32,000 bases of DNA from Crocosphaera subtropica ATCC 51142 (GCF_000017845.1 NC_010546.1:4830001-4862000), one strand, 5' to 3'; counted from the stretch's first letter, positions 1 to 8,313 are shown. Notes: generated from the letters alone by a model not told the origin. Program-made: numbers and translations.

Positions 1-45
1 TCAGTTACAGTATTAAATAAAAGCTAAGACGCGCGCTTAAGTATT

Positions 46-684
46 ATGACATCTTCTTCCCTTGCAGTTCGAGAACTTCCTATTTTTCCCCTACCCGAAG
101 TCGTATTATTTCCTGGTCGTCCTCTTCCTCTGCATATCTTTGAGTTTCGTTATCGCATGATGATGAATACCATATTAGAAGAGGATCGCCGTTTTGGTGT
201 GGTGATGGTCAACCCCGTCAATGGGGAAATAGCTAAAGTAGGATCTTGTGCAGAGTTGGTTCGCTTTCAACGACTTCCTGACGATCGCATGAAAATTTTA
301 ACCATGGGACAACAACGGTTCCGTATCCTTGAATACGTTAGAGAAAAGCCTTATCGGGTAGGTTTGGTAGAATGGATTGAAGATAAACCAACCACAGAAA
401 ATATTTATCCTATGGCTACGGAAGTGGGACAATTATTACAGGATGTGGTGCGTCTTTCAGCTAAGTTAACGGATCAAAAAATTGAATTACCCGACGATTT
501 GCCTGAGCTTCCTGTAGAATTATCTTACTGGGTCGCTGGTAATTTATACGGTGTGGCTGCAGAACAACAGGCACTTTTAGAAATGCAAGAAACTAAAGGT
601 CGTCTAGAACGGGAAATTGAAATTTTAACTTCTACCCGTAATCATTTAGCTGCACGAACTGCTTTAAAAGATGTGCTTAAATAG
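46..684 (+). CDS. Stand-alone LON N-terminal (substrate-binding) domain protein
   Basis: 212-aa ORF with an ATG start. The opening LPIFPLPEVVLFPGRPLPLHIFEFRYRMM is the canonical start of the Lon N-domain. No AAA+ or S16 protease segment follows. Confidence 0.8.
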   Translation: MTSSSLAVRELPIFPLPEVVLFPGRPLPLHIFEFRYRMMMNTILEEDRRFGVVMVNPVNGEIAKVGSCAELVRFQRLPDDRMKILTMGQQRFRILEYVREKPYRVGLVEWIEDKPTTENIYPMATEVGQLLQDVVRLSAKLTDQKIELPDDLPELPVELSYWVAGNLYGVAAEQQALLEMQETKGRLEREIEILTSTRNHLAARTALKDVLK

Positions 685-690
685 ATTTGA

Positions 691-709
691 CCTGTTATCA
701 TAGAACAGG
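691..709. terminator. Weak hairpin between convergent genes (CCTGTT-7nt-AACAGG)
   Basis: 6-bp inverted repeat at 691-696 / 704-709 in the 26-bp gap between the Lon-N stop and the pheA stop. There is no U-tract. Confidence 0.3.
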
Positions 710-710
710 A

Positions 711-1577
711 TTAAAGTTGCTCAAGATCCCTCTCTTGGAGAAGTAAGACTGGATAACTACCATATATCTTGAGAACTTCTGTATGATGGGTTAAAGCGTT
801 TAACGCATCAATGATGTTGGGATCTTCTTGGTTCCCTTCAACATCAAGATAAAAGACATATTCCCCCAGGGATCGCTTAGTGGGACGGGACTCAATGCGA
901 CTTAAATTGATATTGCGTTGAGCAAACACTTGCAACGGTTTCATCAGCGAACCCGGCACATTAGCAGGGACACTGAATGCTAAGGAGATACGACTTCCTA
1001 CTGTCGGTGTTGGGTTTAAGGTCATCACCCAAAACCGAGTACAGTTATCGGCATAATCGTTGATATGATTGACCAAAATAGGGACATTATACAATTTGAC
1101 TGCACGGGGTGCTGCGATCGCTCCGGCAGTAGGTTCAAGACTGATTTTTTGTAAAGCTTCGGCGGTAGAATTAGTAGGAATTAAAGCAACATTGGGTAGG
1201 TTGTGCTGCAACCATCGTTGACATTGTGCCAAAGCTTGGGGGTGAGAATAGACCGTTTTTATTCCATTTAGAGACGTTCCCCGTGAAAAAAAAGCATGGA
1301 TAATAGGTAACACAACCTCTTGTTGAATTTGTAGGCGATCGAGTTGCCATAAGGTATCTAAGGTACTGGCCACACTCCCTTCTGTTGAGTTTTCCACCGG
1401 AACCACTGCTTTATTGGTGTCTCCCCTGGCCACAGAATGCAAAGTTTGAGCAATACTTGGACAAGGACATAATAAAGAGGATTTTCCCTGGTTTTCTTCT
1501 AACCAATGAGCATAGGCTAAAGCTGCCGTTTCTGCATTAGTGCCAACTGGACCCAGATGAGCAATAGAAATGACCAT
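711..1577 (-). CDS. pheA: Prephenate dehydratase (PDT domain plus C-terminal ACT domain)
   Basis: 288 aa with an ATG start. It carries IAHLGPVGTNAE near the N-terminus, the CTRFWV motif, and an ACT-type NLSRIESRPTK segment, all typical of PheA. Confidence 0.85.
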   Translation of the reverse strand: MVISIAHLGPVGTNAETAALAYAHWLEENQGKSSLLCPCPSIAQTLHSVARGDTNKAVVPVENSTEGSVASTLDTLWQLDRLQIQQEVVLPIIHAFFSRGTSLNGIKTVYSHPQALAQCQRWLQHNLPNVALIPTNSTAEALQKISLEPTAGAIAAPRAVKLYNVPILVNHINDYADNCTRFWVMTLNPTPTVGSRISLAFSVPANVPGSLMKPLQVFAQRNINLSRIESRPTKRSLGEYVFYLDVEGNQEDPNIIDALNALTHHTEVLKIYGSYPVLLLQERDLEQL

Positions 1578-1686
1578 AAGCGAACACCGCTAAGTTAATA
1601 GGAAAGCCCCATTAATTCTAGCTTTGCAAACCTTGGAAGACAAGGGAGTTTAGGAAAATAGAGACAAAGCAAAGAAGATACCCAAT

Positions 1687-2238
1687 TCATTGAATATCCA
1701 CAACTAACAATTGAGGCTGATAAGTCTCAATAAATGTTACTAATGTGGAAAAATGTCCACGAGATCCTAAACCAATACAACCGGCTGTTCCATCTTCGCC
1801 ATTTCCTTTATTATAACTGGGATCATAATGAATACCTAATGCACTTCTTCCTGTAGAAAATTGGGGATAAACGGGTAAAAAACGTCCCCCAACTTCGGCT
1901 AACGTTCCTGGAACGGTATGGGAACTAATTCGATAATTTCCATCAGGTAAAGGGGCTTCGGTACCTGCTTGATTACGGTTTCTGTTTTGGGTGAAATAAC
2001 GACCAGAAACAGTTTCAAAGGTGTATAAAAGCTGTCCTTGATGATAAACTCTCAGCAAATAAATGGGATTCTTCTGTTGATTGGTCATCCCTGATGGGAC
2101 TAAATGTAAACAAGTATCGCAAGGTCGCCCCATATTGTAGGCTATCTGCTCAGCTTCTACACTAATTGCTACGTTGTTAGGGGTCATTACAGAAGATAGC
2201 AACCCTAACAACACAGAAGAAAATAACCAACGAGTCAT
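1687..2238 (-). CDS. Sec-exported YkuD-fold L,D-transpeptidase-like protein (DUF2778/Tlde1-like), paralogue 1
   Basis: 183 aa with an ATG start and a hydrophobic signal peptide (MTRWLFSSVLLGLLSSV). It contains SGRYFTQNRNRNQAGTEAPLPDGNYRI...GGRFLPVYP...LGIHYDPSYNKGNGEDGTAGCIGL, with 16 residues between His and Cys as in the YkuD catalytic signature. It is a paralogue of 4676-5455. Confidence 0.6.
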   Translation of the reverse strand: MTRWLFSSVLLGLLSSVMTPNNVAISVEAEQIAYNMGRPCDTCLHLVPSGMTNQQKNPIYLLRVYHQGQLLYTFETVSGRYFTQNRNRNQAGTEAPLPDGNYRISSHTVPGTLAEVGGRFLPVYPQFSTGRSALGIHYDPSYNKGNGEDGTAGCIGLGSRGHFSTLVTFIETYQPQLLVVDIQ

Positions 2239-2695
2239 AATGTTTAATTCCTTATTCTTCTATGAACAAAACTTCTATATTCAAATCAAATCCCAAGAAT
2301 AGCTTGATTACAATTTTCCTCAATTAGTAGCTAATCTTTTTACTTCGGGATGATTGCATTTAATGAATAAATACAAGGTTACAAAACTCTCACACCTATG
2401 ATTAATTACCAATATATCTCTGAGTTTATGGGGTCAGGGAAATTCTTTGATTTTTTTTATAATTCTTCTTAATCAAGGAGTTTACAGCAATTTTTGTTTA
2501 CAAAAATTTGTAATAGCGTCTGTTTTTGTTTTTGAGATTATCAATTAGGGAATAAGAATCATTAGCTTACTTATCAGAGAGTAAATTACGCCATTATGGG
2601 TCGAACAAACCGTATTGTCTAAGAATTTTTCTACGGTTAAGATGAAGACATCAAAAGAAAAAACAAGCAATAAGCACAATCAGGAGATAACAATT

Positions 2696-3139
2696 ATGGC
2701 ACTTGTACGTTATAACCCTTGGAAAGAAATGAACGCTTTACAACGTCAAATGAATCAGCTTTTTGATGAAGGTTGGTTAACCAATTCAACACGGGATTAT
2801 AAAGAACTAACTTTTGCTCCTTCTGCTGAACTTTCCGAAACGGATGAGGCGGTAATGCTCAAGTTAGAACTCCCTGGAATGAAAGTCGAGGATGTAGATA
2901 TTCAGGCAACAAAAGAAGCTATTTATATTACAGGGGAACGGAAAGAAGAAGCTAAATCCGAGAAAAACGGTATGACTCGCAGTGAGTTCCGTTATGGTAA
3001 GTTTTCTCGTTCTATTGCTTTACCGGCTCTCATTGATAATACAAACATCAGTGCAGAATACAAAGATGGAATTTTACATCTAACTTTACCCAAAGCTGAA
3101 GAAGAAAAGAACAAAGTGGTTAAAGTCAACCTTGGGTAG
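2696..3139 (+). CDS. hspA: Small heat-shock protein, Hsp20/alpha-crystallin family
   Basis: The track ORF starts at 2615. The ATG at 2696 is preceded by cAGGAGataacaatt and gives MALVRYNPWKEMNALQRQMNQLFDE, a typical sHSP N-terminus. The alpha-crystallin core (LKLELPGMKVEDVDIQ...AEYKDGILHLTLPK) is present. Confidence 0.85.
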   Translation: MALVRYNPWKEMNALQRQMNQLFDEGWLTNSTRDYKELTFAPSAELSETDEAVMLKLELPGMKVEDVDIQATKEAIYITGERKEEAKSEKNGMTRSEFRYGKFSRSIALPALIDNTNISAEYKDGILHLTLPKAEEEKNKVVKVNLG

Positions 3140-3214
3140 TTGTGTCTAGTAGGCAAGAATAACTTAAAATCAACATTGTTCACTCTTAACTCAATTAGCT
3201 ATCCATAAAATGCC

Positions 3215-3242
3215 GTAGAGACGTTTATAGGAACGTCTCTAC
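3215..3242. terminator. Perfect 10-bp stem hairpin between convergent hspA and the 3275-4102 gene
   Basis: GTAGAGACGT (3215-3224), loop TTATAGGA, ACGTCTCTAC (3233-3242). It sits in the convergent spacer. The flanks are only moderately U-rich. Confidence 0.55.
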
Positions 3243-3274
3243 ATTGCTTATTAATACTATTCTTTGGCTTAATC

Positions 3275-4102
3275 TTAAGCAGCTTGCCAAATATTTTTAA
3301 TGTTATCAGGTAATACCGCTTCAATTTCTTGTTTCATGGCATCAGATAACTCTTCTTTGGTGGCAGAGAAAACCGCTTTAATCACTTTTACACCATCAGT
3401 TCCACGGGGTACACCACCCTCTTGTTCAATACGTCTTAAAAAGGTTTGACCATCAAATTTAAGGGGAGGACGAATTTTACTTAACCAAGCAACCAAAGGA
3501 TTATTATCCTTCCAAAGTTCATGAAGTTCTTCTTTATTATCTTCTTTGAATTCTGATTTAACTTTCTCTGAGGATTCTGTGGTCATTAAATCTCGTAAGG
3601 TTCGATACACAATAATCGTTAAATCTCTTGCATCAAAAATATCAGGGAGTTCAGCTTTGAGTTGCACTTTCTCAAGGAAAGGCAAGTCTTTGGTTGCGAT
3701 GGGAACGTTAGGCCCTTTTTCTAAGGCTTGGGGATAGTTTTCTTGTAACCGTTGTAAAGCTTTATGACCTTTTTCAGTTAAAGAAGCCTTTTTAAAACGA
3801 ATTAAATGGGGTAACGGACCATCAGGCGCACCTAATGTATTAGCAATACGAAAATCAATATCTTCTGCTTCAACTAATGAGGGTACATCTTCTTGTTTTG
3901 CGTAAGCATTCCCTGTAAATTCTGCGTCAATATAACCTCTTTGGTTGAAATAATCTAATTGTCCTAAGAAGTCAGAAACGGTTAAGTTTCTTCCTGTAAA
4001 GTCTGTGCTACTAAAATCTACTTTTTCGCTTCCTTGTTGATTGGCTTGATTAATTTTGTCTAACAAAATATAAGCAATATCTTCTCTTATTTTAATAGGC
4101 AT
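3275..4102 (-). CDS. Hypothetical protein; the C-terminal half is DUF2267-like and the N-terminal half may be winged-helix-like
   Basis: 275 aa with an ATG start and AAGGAG 7 nt upstream. The C-terminal pattern ...ARDLTIIVYRTLRDLMT...FLRRIEQEGGVPRGTDGVKVIKAVFSATKEELSDAMKQEIEAVLPDNIKNIW resembles the DUF2267 repeat (from memory, not searched). Confidence 0.5.
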   Translation of the reverse strand: MPIKIREDIAYILLDKINQANQQGSEKVDFSSTDFTGRNLTVSDFLGQLDYFNQRGYIDAEFTGNAYAKQEDVPSLVEAEDIDFRIANTLGAPDGPLPHLIRFKKASLTEKGHKALQRLQENYPQALEKGPNVPIATKDLPFLEKVQLKAELPDIFDARDLTIIVYRTLRDLMTTESSEKVKSEFKEDNKEELHELWKDNNPLVAWLSKIRPPLKFDGQTFLRRIEQEGGVPRGTDGVKVIKAVFSATKEELSDAMKQEIEAVLPDNIKNIWQAA

Positions 4103-4170
4103 TAATAACTCCTTTGAGTTCTTTAGAATTTATATATCTTACGTTTATATTAACAAAACTTTACAAAGCA

Positions 4171-4211
4171 TTCATCTATCATTAGTTATAAATTGTTCAT
4201 CTATCGTTAGT
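4171..4211 (-). promoter_or_regulatory. Direct 16-mer repeat TTCATCTATC(A/G)TTAGT x2 upstream of the 3275-4102 gene
   Basis: Copies lie at 4171-4186 and 4196-4211 with 15/16 identity and 25 bp start-to-start. They sit 70-110 bp upstream of the ATG at 4102. Confidence 0.35.
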
Positions 4212-4240
4212 CAGATATTTGACAGTTATCAGTGACTTTA

Positions 4241-4263
4241 TAGGGTAGGCAATGCCTACCCTA
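4241..4263 (-). terminator. Strong palindromic hairpin downstream of the SH3b gene
   Basis: TAGGGTAGGCAATGCCTACCCTA is an almost fully self-complementary 23-mer lying 21 nt after the stop at 4284. Confidence 0.55.
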
Positions 4264-4283
4264 CTAGATTTAACAAAGATTAC

Positions 4284-4619
4284 CTAATCGCAAATATAGT
4301 CAGAGCGTACCCAACCTTGTACACCGTTATAATTAATACGCTGCCATGTGTGAGGTGTACCGTCTTGACCACTGGTTCTATCAAAAACAGGAACTGTCGT
4401 TCCATTCGGAATCTGTGTTAAGCTGCGATAGTTAGTTCCAGGCCCAGTTCTCACATTAAGACGACCACTTCGACTATTGGTGCAAATACGTCCATAGTAG
4501 GCTTCTCCTCCTTGGGGATAACAATTATCATAACGACCACAGCCGGGACCTTGTTGGGCATTCATTGGTAAAGCAGTAGCACCTAAAAGAAGAAGACCCG
4601 TCATGAAAGTTTTTAACAT
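4284..4619 (-). CDS. Secreted Cys-rich bacterial SH3 (SH3b / SH3_3) domain protein
   Basis: The ATG at 4619 is preceded by GAGGtgataatc; the track's GTG at 4628 is less likely. It has a signal peptide (MLKTFMTGLLLLGATALPMNA). The SH3b-type core is GRLNVRTGPGTNYRSLTQIPNGTTVPVFD...WQRINYNGVQGWVRSDYI. The mature part contains five Cys. Confidence 0.7.
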   Translation of the reverse strand: MLKTFMTGLLLLGATALPMNAQQGPGCGRYDNCYPQGGEAYYGRICTNSRSGRLNVRTGPGTNYRSLTQIPNGTTVPVFDRTSGQDGTPHTWQRINYNGVQGWVRSDYICD

Positions 4620-4675
4620 GATTATCACCTCATTTTGTGTGTGAGTTTCAGTGCATAAAATAAATAAAGTAAGCG

Positions 4676-5455
4676 TTAACCTTGTAACTTGACATCTAAG
4701 TATTGCGGTTGATAGGTATAAACATACTGTAATACTTGGTCAAGGTCAGGTTTATTGGTTAGGGCAATACATCCTTCTGTTCCGTCTTCCCCGTTATTTT
4801 TTTGGTAAGAGGGGTCATAATGAATTCCCAAAGCATACCTTTGCGTAGGAAAGAGGGGTTCAATGGGGAGAAATCTTCCCCCAACTTCTGGATGAGTTCC
4901 TGCCACCTCAGCACTAGCTACTTGATATTGACCATCGGGTAACGGTGCTTCTGTTCCTGACTGGTGGCGATTTCTGTTTTGACTGTTGGCTCTTCCTGTA
5001 ACGGTTTGATAAGTACCTATTAACTGGCCATTGGCATACAGTCTGAGTTCATAAATAGGGTTTCCCACGGTGTTTTTAGTCTGAGTAGGGGTTAAAGTCA
5101 TATAATTCCCCTGAGACATCGGAATATTATCATCGGGTTGAGAATAAGAATTGTTCTGTGGTGAAGAAATATAAGCTTCTCTTTCTGAAGTCTGTGTGGT
5201 TTGAGGATAGGTTTCTTGGAGACTCTCATCAGGGGAAGGTTTGAAAGGAACAGGGGGTTCTAAGGTATTTTCTGAGTTAAGAGTATGAGGTAACTCTCTT
5301 CCTTGTTCTTGGGGAAAAGGAGTTTGTTGGCTTAAAACGATGTTGTTATCTGTTTCTAATGCTTCAAAGGGTTGATCTTGTTTTTGTTGCCCATGAGAAA
5401 CATAAGCAAACATCACCAGACAACTTAATAGGGCTAAAGTAAGTTTAACTTTCAT
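4676..5455 (-). CDS. Sec-exported YkuD-fold L,D-transpeptidase-like protein (DUF2778/Tlde1-like), paralogue 2, with a Q/P/S/T-rich linker
   Basis: ATG at 5455 (the track uses TTG at 5458). It has a signal peptide (MKVKLTLALLSCLVMFAYVSHG) followed by a low-complexity linker of about 100 aa. The domain TGRANSQNRNRHQSGTEAPLPDGQYQV...GGRFLPIEP...LGIHYDPSYQKNNGEDGTEGCIAL aligns with 1687-2238. Confidence 0.6.
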   Translation of the reverse strand: MKVKLTLALLSCLVMFAYVSHGQQKQDQPFEALETDNNIVLSQQTPFPQEQGRELPHTLNSENTLEPPVPFKPSPDESLQETYPQTTQTSEREAYISSPQNNSYSQPDDNIPMSQGNYMTLTPTQTKNTVGNPIYELRLYANGQLIGTYQTVTGRANSQNRNRHQSGTEAPLPDGQYQVASAEVAGTHPEVGGRFLPIEPLFPTQRYALGIHYDPSYQKNNGEDGTEGCIALTNKPDLDQVLQYVYTYQPQYLDVKLQG

Positions 5456-5772
5456 CAATCTTGTTTCCTTTCGGGTTAAGAAAATAGCGGTTTATTAAAT
5501 GTCAAAAATTAATAATTAATGTTGCAAAATGTTAATAAAGACTGATACCAAACTCGATTTTTACAACCTCTTAACCCTTTGGTGCTGTTTATCCCCACCT
5601 CTTCCATAGTTTTCACCATCTTGATATTTGTCAGATTAGAGGTGTATTTTGACCAAATTTGGTACTATATTGACATATTCAATATTTCTATTTTAACTAA
5701 AAACACTGATTTTTTCAGGGTTTTGTCAATTCTTTCGATTTTTTTAATCTTTTTTTGATAATTAACCAGTCA

Positions 5773-7392
5773 TTAGATAAAGACATCTCCTAAGTTTTGA
5801 GACATTTCGGTTAATTTTGATGCTGATAGATTAAACAATTTTTGACAAGCGATCGCTTGACTTTCTGCCATTTGTCCGTAAGAAAACACCCAAGGAATGT
5901 CTAACTTGACTTCTGTTTTAAACCAGTCCAAAACATAGGGACTTCCATAAATAATCAAACCTTTTATTGTTGACTTTTTAAATAATTTATGGTAATAATT
6001 TTTAGAAGTTTCATTTAATCCTGCACTACCCCGAAAAGGATTACCTCTTAGGAAGATTTGTAATAAGGTTTCTTGGTTATCTTCTAAGACATAATTAAAA
6101 GTATTTTGATCAACTAATTGTAACTTATATCCCAATAAGTTAGGAATAGTAAAGGCTGGCATTTGTCGTTCCAAAAAGTCAGCATTTAGAATATCATCCA
6201 CTACAATTAAATTTCGTTTGGAGCTTTCTGTATTAACGTTCAATGGTAAATTATCACTGTATCTAAGAGAATCTTTAATAATATTTTTGACAGTTTTTCT
6301 ATCTTCTTTTTGAGATAACTGATAAACTGAACTATTATCCTTTTGATGATTAAATAGTTTTTGTTTAGCTTGCCAAATTTTCTGAAGAGATTCGTCTATT
6401 CTTTCAGTGGTTAATCTTCCTGTTTCTACAGCATTATAAACCGCATTAATGGCCATTTCTGGATCATCTGGCATCAATAAAATATCGGCTCCGGCTTCTA
6501 CTGCTTTGATGGCAATTTCTTCAGAATCAGCAAATTTTGCTACGCCACCCATAATTAAAGCATCGGTAACAATTAAACCATTAAATCCTAATTCTTGTTT
6601 TAATTTATTGGTCAAAATAGTCTTAGATAAAGTCGCAGGATTATCTTTATCCCAGGCATTAATTAACAAATGTGCAGTCATGACACTATCAACCTTTGCA
6701 TCAATTGCTGCTTGAAACGGCACTAATTCTAAACCTTCTAATCTCTCATTATCATGACTAATGACTGGTAAATTAAGATGAGAATCATTACTCGTATCTC
6801 CATGACCTGGAAAATGTTTAGCTGTGGTTAAAGCAGGGTGATTTTTTGCCCCTTCAATAAAGGCTTTTGCTAATTCACTTACCACTTTAGGGTTATCCCC
6901 AAAAGAGCGAATATTAATAACAGGATTATCAGGGTTATTATTAACATCAACAATAGGACTTAATATCCAATTAATCCCTATTTTGACAGATTCTTTTGCT
7001 GTAATTTCTCCCATTTGATAGGCATATTTTCTGGCTAATGGTAGATCAGATTTAGCAATTTCTCCTAAGGCCATAGGAGGGGGAAACCACGTTGCGCCAC
7101 TAAACCGTTGTCCTACCCCTTCTTCTATATCCGCTGCAATAAATAGAGGGGTTTTTGACCATTGTTGTAACTGTTGAGTTCTTAATAATAATTCTGCTGC
7201 ACTTCCCCCCAATAAAATAACCCCGCCTAGATTTAAAGTTTCTAACCAATGGGATAATTGAGCGTTAGAAGCTTCCCAGACAGGGTAACAAATTTGGTGA
7301 TCAAACAAATAACCAGAGGCACGAACCACGATCATTTGTCCAATCTTTTCTTTTAAGGTAAATTGAGTCCAATTTGGTAATAAATTAGTCAC
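5773..7392 (-). CDS. Glycoside hydrolase family 3 (NagZ-like beta-N-acetylhexosaminidase / beta-glucosidase-related)
   Basis: 539 aa with a GTG start. GH3 hallmarks are present: KHFPGHGDTSNDSHLNLP and GFNGLIVTDAL. It lies 17 bp downstream of rbfA on the same strand. Confidence 0.8.
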   Translation of the reverse strand: MTNLLPNWTQFTLKEKIGQMIVVRASGYLFDHQICYPVWEASNAQLSHWLETLNLGGVILLGGSAAELLLRTQQLQQWSKTPLFIAADIEEGVGQRFSGATWFPPPMALGEIAKSDLPLARKYAYQMGEITAKESVKIGINWILSPIVDVNNNPDNPVINIRSFGDNPKVVSELAKAFIEGAKNHPALTTAKHFPGHGDTSNDSHLNLPVISHDNERLEGLELVPFQAAIDAKVDSVMTAHLLINAWDKDNPATLSKTILTNKLKQELGFNGLIVTDALIMGGVAKFADSEEIAIKAVEAGADILLMPDDPEMAINAVYNAVETGRLTTERIDESLQKIWQAKQKLFNHQKDNSSVYQLSQKEDRKTVKNIIKDSLRYSDNLPLNVNTESSKRNLIVVDDILNADFLERQMPAFTIPNLLGYKLQLVDQNTFNYVLEDNQETLLQIFLRGNPFRGSAGLNETSKNYYHKLFKKSTIKGLIIYGSPYVLDWFKTEVKLDIPWVFSYGQMAESQAIACQKLFNLSASKLTEMSQNLGDVFI

Positions 7393-7409
7393 AGAGATTC
7401 ATTATTGTA

Positions 7410-7799
7410 TTAATCTTCTGTATTATAAGACTCATCTTCTGGGGGTATGGTTTCTCTAATTTCATTTAGAAGATGGAGCATTTTATCTCCTCTTTCGATA
7501 CCATGATCCTCAAAAAACCTAACTTCTGGGGCGCGTCTTAAACGGATACGTTGTGCTAATTCTTTTCTCACATATCCTTCCGATGATTTTAACCCCTCCA
7601 TCGTTTCTACTTTTGCTTCTTCTGTGCCGTAAATGCTCACAAAAATTTTAGCGTGTTGTAGATCCCCAGATAGGTCTACATCGGTCACACTTACCATTCC
7701 GGCACCAACACGGTCATCTTTGATATCAAACAGAAGCATTTGAGATACTTCACGTTTAATTAACGAGGAAACACGAGAAACTCGGCGACTATTAGCCAT
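7410..7799 (-). CDS. rbfA: Ribosome-binding factor A
   Basis: 129 aa. It contains [14 protein letters not shown]...[20 protein letters not shown]...LRRAPEVRF, the typical RbfA KH-like pattern. Confidence 0.9.
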
Positions 7800-8098
7800 G
7801 TTCGCCCCCTTTCTTTAACTAATGTGGGCAATATAAATAGGGCTGAATCAACCCTATCGTTAATATAGTATAGCAACCAAAGCAATTCTAATAATTTAGT
7901 AGCTTGTTATCAATGGAATGGTTCAAACCGTAAAAAACACTTTCTGCATTGTTCAAAAATAGAGTTTTTTAGTAATACTTGAGAAAATTTCTTATATAAT
8001 TAATTTCATTTTTGCTAAGAGTTATTGATAACGTGAATTCGGGATAAGCTCAAACGCTAATCAATTAAACTAAACCAAGATCCCTGTTGCCTTTCACA

Positions 8099-8108
8099 AT
8101 TAGCTAAT
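8099..8108. promoter_or_regulatory. 10-bp perfect palindrome ATTAGCTAAT (copy 1 of 2)
   Basis: It is self-complementary. An identical copy lies at 8261-8270. The two copies bracket the pyrimidine nonamer array. Confidence 0.3.
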
Positions 8109-8181
8109 TTAATCGAAGATGCAAGATGTCATATGATATCCGCTTAATGACTCATCATTAAAATCATGACTGTAAACCCCT

Positions 8182-8217
8182 CCTCCTCTGCCTCCTCTGC
8201 CTCCTCTGCCTCCTCGG
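8182..8217 (+). repeat. Tandem nonamer CCTCCTCTG x3 plus one degenerate unit, inside a pyrimidine tract (8177-8233)
   Basis: Units lie at 8182-8190, 8191-8199 and 8200-8208, with a degenerate unit at 8209-8217 (CCTCCTCGG). The array continues into cttcccctgcttaccc. Confidence 0.85.
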
Positions 8218-8260
8218 CTTCCCCTGCTTACCCTACTCTAAAGTTTCAAAGCGATTTCAT

Positions 8261-8270
8261 ATTAGCTAAT
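8261..8270. promoter_or_regulatory. 10-bp perfect palindrome ATTAGCTAAT (copy 2 of 2)
   Basis: Identical to 8099-8108. Confidence 0.3.
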
Positions 8271-8288
8271 GCTTTCCTTCCCTGTGCT

Positions 8289-8313
8289 TGTGCAAATTTT
8301 GCACAAATGCACA
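8289..8313. promoter_or_regulatory. 17-bp perfect palindrome TGTGCAAA-T-TTTGCACA plus an extra TGCACA half-site
   Basis: The palindrome spans 8289-8305. A third half-site TGCACA lies at 8308-8313, and CTGTGC lies at 8282-8287. It sits about 270 bp upstream of the giant ORF. It resembles a CRP/FNR-type site (TGTG...CACA), but the spacing is one nt longer. Confidence 0.35.

Noticed and set aside
2615-2695. The track ORF gives the sHSP a 27-codon N-terminal extension (MSKNFSTVKMKTSKEKTSNKHNQEITI).
   Set aside because: The extension is K/S/T-rich and unlike sHSP N-termini. The internal ATG at 2696 has a GGAG Shine-Dalgarno sequence and yields the canonical MALVRYNPW start.
2600-2698. A possible hsp17-type RNA thermometer in the hspA 5' UTR.
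   Set aside because: I could not find a CUCC/UCCU anti-SD segment within about 100 nt upstream that would pair with the AGGAG. There is no basis for the claim without a mapped 5' end.
2992-3737. Antisense ORFs 2992-3183 and 3546-3737.
   Set aside because: They are shadow ORFs opposite hspA and the 275-aa gene. They have no motifs and atypical composition.
6449-6715. An 88-aa ORF antisense to the GH3 gene.
   Set aside because: It lies entirely inside a well-supported gene on the other strand and is an A/S/I-rich shadow frame.
7905-7940. A tRNA-like T-loop fragment, GGTTCAAACC.
   Set aside because: The flanking bases do not form a T-stem (AATGG vs CCGTA), and no acceptor or anticodon arms can be drawn. 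I saw no other tRNA-like segment in the window.
8182-8217. The tandem repeats here and at 15065-15099 and 24617-24644, considered as CRISPR arrays.
   Set aside because: The units are 7-9 nt and directly abutting, with no spacers. There are no cas genes. This is not CRISPR.
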